Under the pieces are notes generated by a model. That model did not search any database, was not told the origin of the DNA, and saw nothing but the letters and a program-made list of their open reading frames with translations. The position numbers and the translations under genes were made by a program. A stretch of DNA of 63,224 nucleotides, counting the filler, from Phoronis australis (taxonomy: Eukaryota > Animalia > Phoronida): NCBI GenBank assembly GCA_002633005.1. It is 11 parts of 11 records of this genome, joined end to end, with 100 filler letters (N's around TTAATTAATTAA, not from the genome) between each part and the next. Parts side by side here need not be neighbours in the genome. Positions count along the whole stretch, not along the records: positions 52,315 to 63,224 come from NMRA01000161.1; 10 more parts are not named here. One strand, given 5' to 3'. Positions 61,896 to 63,224 of the stretch are shown piece by piece. Within the stretch, counting starts at the first letter, position 1. The number at the start of each line of letters is the position of its first letter.

Positions 61896-63224
61896 CATTC
61901 ACCGAATTTTGGTAGTTCCTGCCTTTTTAGTGGACTTTTGTAGGAGTTTGTGTTTCTCTAAGGCTGACCTTTTTTTCCCACTTTGCCTACTGAGTCCCCC
62001 CCTGGGTGCGCGCATGAGGTGCTGCACAGGTCCTCTGCAAGTCATGACTCACGTACGGAGATTAGCCCTCCCCGTTGAGGTCGCTCTAACCTCAGACCAC
62101 TGTGGTCTGAGCTCTAACAAGAGGAGGATGAATACTTTTACTTTTTCAATTATGTGCCCTGACGTTGGCTGGATGCCTTTGCCACAAACTTTTAATATGT
62201 ACCTAACTCAGTTGAGAACAACGTTTTGTACAGGCTATCTATACCAGGAATCCAAGACCGTTTACAGTTATCAACGTGAACACAGGAACACTAGGATAAA
62301 TATGTCACAATAGACATGATTAAGGTTAAGTAGGATCCAATTTTGGCCAATTCAGGAATGGCGGATCGGATACACATGTGGTTCATGCACACGCTACAAA
62401 GCACTGTTACGATTTCTTTTTGAAATGATCCCTTTTTGCATGAGGGGATATCAAAATGTAACTGATAGGCTTTTTATGAAAAAATTCAAGTTGGATAAAT
62501 CGAAAACAAGAAGATAATTTGGAAAACATTAAAAGCGTTTTTGAGATGCTATGCAACATTAATTTGGGTCATGTTATTGATCCTGTTGTTTTGTTATGAA
62601 TGCACTTTTCTTTCTCGCTATTTTTTTCCAAGAACAATGCATGTAGTCACGCCTTGTAATTATTGAAAGATTGGTATAGAGTCAACAATAAAATTAGAGA
62701 GAATTTCTACATTCAGAAAATATTTACTTTTCCGGAGTTATATTCTATAACTTTATATTGGCTAAAGCTCAGACCAGTGCTCTGAGGCTAAATGTACAAA
62801 TGTAAGACTTTTCGACAAGGGCCTGCTCAACCTTAACAAATGGATGCAACATTAAGATAAAATGTTTTCTCGCTGGTTTGACGTTAGTCTTGAGGGAATC
62901 ATTGACCTGATCAGTGAGTGACACCAGCCAGTGAGCTGCTGAGAGCGACCGAAGTCACAGATTTTATGGTTGGACGGCAGTGGCTTACAACAATGGGTTG
63001 GAAACAAAACCGGTGGAGTGGGCCGCTTTCAGCTTACAGCAACACAAATAGTCGGCACCCTTGTGAGTACTTTGGGGGGGGGGCAACCTAGTTTTTTCTA
63101 TGTGGCTAGATAATATACCCATAAATCAAATTCCAAAAAGTTCCCACGTCTACACTTGCACATTTTTTTTAAAAAAGGTGTTTTTGTTGCACAAAATATG
63201 ATGCACATTCCTGCCACTTGATGG

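Noticed and set aside
61741-62313. 190-aa ORF as an intact gene
   Set aside because: No coherent domain; at best a decayed integrase fragment running into unrelated repeat sequence.

Overview
Fragmented animal (eukaryotic) genomic sequence. It is AT-rich with spliceosomal introns, and its genes and repeats look like a marine invertebrate, plausibly a mollusc or other lophotrochozoan (inference only). Eleven contigs are joined by ten identical artificial 100-bp spacers (44N-TTAATTAATTAA-44N), so adjacency across spacers is unverified. Genes reconstructed by hand from splice sites and reading-frame phases: (1) EME1, the MUS81 partner, on +. It has 9 exons (4224-20068, 697 codons) and the last exon was not found. 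It carries an unexpected N-terminal CUE-like domain on an exon that ends in a GC donor, followed by SIM-like motifs. (2) A candidate head-to-head first exon encoding a mitochondrial-presequence-like peptide, 237 bp upstream of EME1 on -. (3) Catalase exons 1-6 on + (37269-41306), cut by a gap. (4) An isolated LDL-receptor class A exon and a signal-peptide exon on -. The rest is mostly transposon debris: a P-like element with 8-bp TSD, a Kolobok-like foldback element with TTAA TSD, chimeric piggyBac transposases, ISL2EU-like THAP/SWIM remnants, an L2/CR1-group LINE, Gypsy fragments, Helentron-type repeats and MITEs. There are also several tandem repeats. Two of them copy an exon 3' end together with its splice donor (15 x 60 bp at EME1 exon 9; 3 x 40 bp at the LDLa exon). 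No database searches were run; family assignments rest on recognised motifs.
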